Assembly: GCF_009834535.1 (NCBI RefSeq)
Contig: NC_045696.1
Location: 51,648,001 to 51,712,000, forward strand
Length of the DNA: 64,000 nucleotides
Reading direction: 5' to 3'
DNA from: Camelus ferus
Taxonomy: Eukaryota
This document shows positions 62,571-64,000 of this stretch, in pieces (the first letter of the stretch is position 1; every line of letters begins with the position of its first letter). The notes under the pieces are model-generated. The model saw only the letters and a list, made by a program, of their open reading frames with translations. It had not been told where the DNA came from and did not search any database. Position numbers and translations under genes: made by a program.

Positions 62571-63504
62571 GGACTTTATATGCAATCTAAATGATGTTGG
62601 TTGCATTTTTTCCCTAGTCTGAAACAGATTAGAAGTGGTGCATTAGAGAAGAAATGAAGATTAAAATGAAACCAGCACAACAAGAAGACAATTGATGACT
62701 CAAGAAGAGAAATAAAAACTATAAAAAGGAGACACGAGAACTAAAAATATTATAGTGGTCCGGAGGTAAATAAGCACAGAAGCAAATAATCTTATAGACT
62801 AAGGACCAAGTAGTTGATGCCACATACAACTGCTTGGAAACCACAACACAATATTCAAATAGACAACATTATTTTTATACTTCCCCATCCTCTTTAGCAC
62901 CAGTAGAAATGCAATACAATTGTTGTCTAAGATGATGACCCTCAGTTACTTAGAAATTAATGAATTATGGTAAATATATTCTAAGGAAGCTGGATATGCA
63001 TATCAACTTAAGATACTACATATCGAAACTTAATATTAATAAAATAAAATATCTTTTGATAATTATGAGGAGATAAGCTTCTGTTACATGGGATATTCTG
63101 TTTGCATAAAATGATTTCCATAGTGAAGTCAGATAAATAAGCTCTCTCTCTTTACACATGAATACATCTATGTTTTTCTAAACATAAGGGCAATTCATTT
63201 TGTGTCATTAAAAATAAACCATGCCAACGTTATGCAATTCAGGACAATAGAACACTGGTAAGACAAAAAACGGAGATCTCCAGGCTCTACAATTTATTAT
63301 TTAAAAAATTTGGGATTACATAATTATGTATAATTATGTATGCCCCTTTTAATATATAGCATAAGTCGTCCAGGTTATTATAAGCTCTTCATAAATATTT
63401 TAATGACTCAAAAACTCTATCTAGTGGATATGTCATAATACACTTAACCAGTTCCCTAGAGTTGAACATATAGCTTATTTCCAGTTTTATAACACACATA
63501 CAGC

Positions 63505-63627
63505 TAAGAAGATTGGCCAGGAGCTGATAATTGTTGAAGCTAAGTGAGGAATTCATGAGGGTTCTCACTGATGTTCTTTCTACTTTTGCACATGTTTGAA
63601 ATATCCACAATTAAAAGGTTAAAAAAA
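63505..63627 (+). mobile_element. Old L1 (L1MC/ME-like) 3' terminus
   Basis: tgataattgttgaagctaagtga..catgagggttc..tctacttttgcacatgtttgaaatatccacaattaaaaggttaaaaaaa. Confidence 0.75.
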
Positions 63628-63709
63628 GTTATCTCTGATAAATATTTTGTGTACAGGGTTTTTATTTCTTTGTAATTATCCTTAGGTTAGGTTGGGTACT
63701 AGCTGCCTG

Positions 63710-63875
63710 CCTAAAAGTCCGACCCCATCATCACCTAGTTACATAACTGTAGGAGAGCTGCGGCTGCGTTCTCCTCATCTGAGGAGGGGCTGTAATAATG
63801 GTAACCGACAGGGCTGTAGTAAGGGTTGTACAACACGGTATGCATCCTGTGCCTCCCATGGTGCCTGGCACCCTT
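63710..63875 (+). mobile_element. MIR SINE
   Basis: ttctcctcatctg..taataatggtaacc..cagggctgtagtaagggtt..atggtgcctggcac. Confidence 0.65.
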
Positions 63876-64000
63876 TTAGTGCACTACATACCACCTGGAA
63901 AAAACCAAAATGATGATTGTGTACTTAATTGTGTGTGTTGTGGTTGTAAAAAATCATCCTGTGAAAACTGAGAAACATGCCAGAAATAACACCCTGACAT

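Noticed and set aside
63317..63341. AT-rich palindrome / 10-bp tandem (ATAATTATGT)x2
   Set aside because: Low-complexity slippage product
1..64000. CRISPR arrays, operons, tRNA/rRNA genes, prokaryotic defence or other novel multi-gene systems
   Set aside because: Sequence is mammalian non-coding DNA; I saw no regularly spaced repeats, gene-dense coding structure or structural RNA genes

Overview
This is eutherian mammalian genomic DNA, not prokaryotic. It is AT-leaning and CpG-poor, and carries ancient pan-mammalian repeats (MIR, L2, CR1/L3, MLT1 LTRs, MER5/MER45/MER102 hAT elements, old L1M ends). I find no credible protein-coding exon. The supplied ORFs are short, lack recognisable domains, or are translations of simple repeats. 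The main structure is a minus-strand spliced non-coding transcription unit. It has a CpG-island-less promoter and first exon with long CT tracts (~43526->42887, donor CAG|GTATGA), a 65-nt internal exon (20765->20701) and several more candidate alternative exons (19750->19511/19313, ->10880, ->50659, 40329->40205). An ~11 kb stretch over and downstream of the promoter has no recognisable transposon. The architecture matches my unverified recollection of the 5' part of the miRNA host lncRNA MIR100HG; if so, miR-100/let-7a-2/miR-125b-1 lie just left of the window. I recognised no young lineage-specific SINE, so the species is probably not a primate, rodent, carnivore or ruminant. I found no CRISPR array, tRNA, rRNA or novel multi-gene system. 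All repeat calls were made by eye against remembered consensus sequences and boundaries are approximate.
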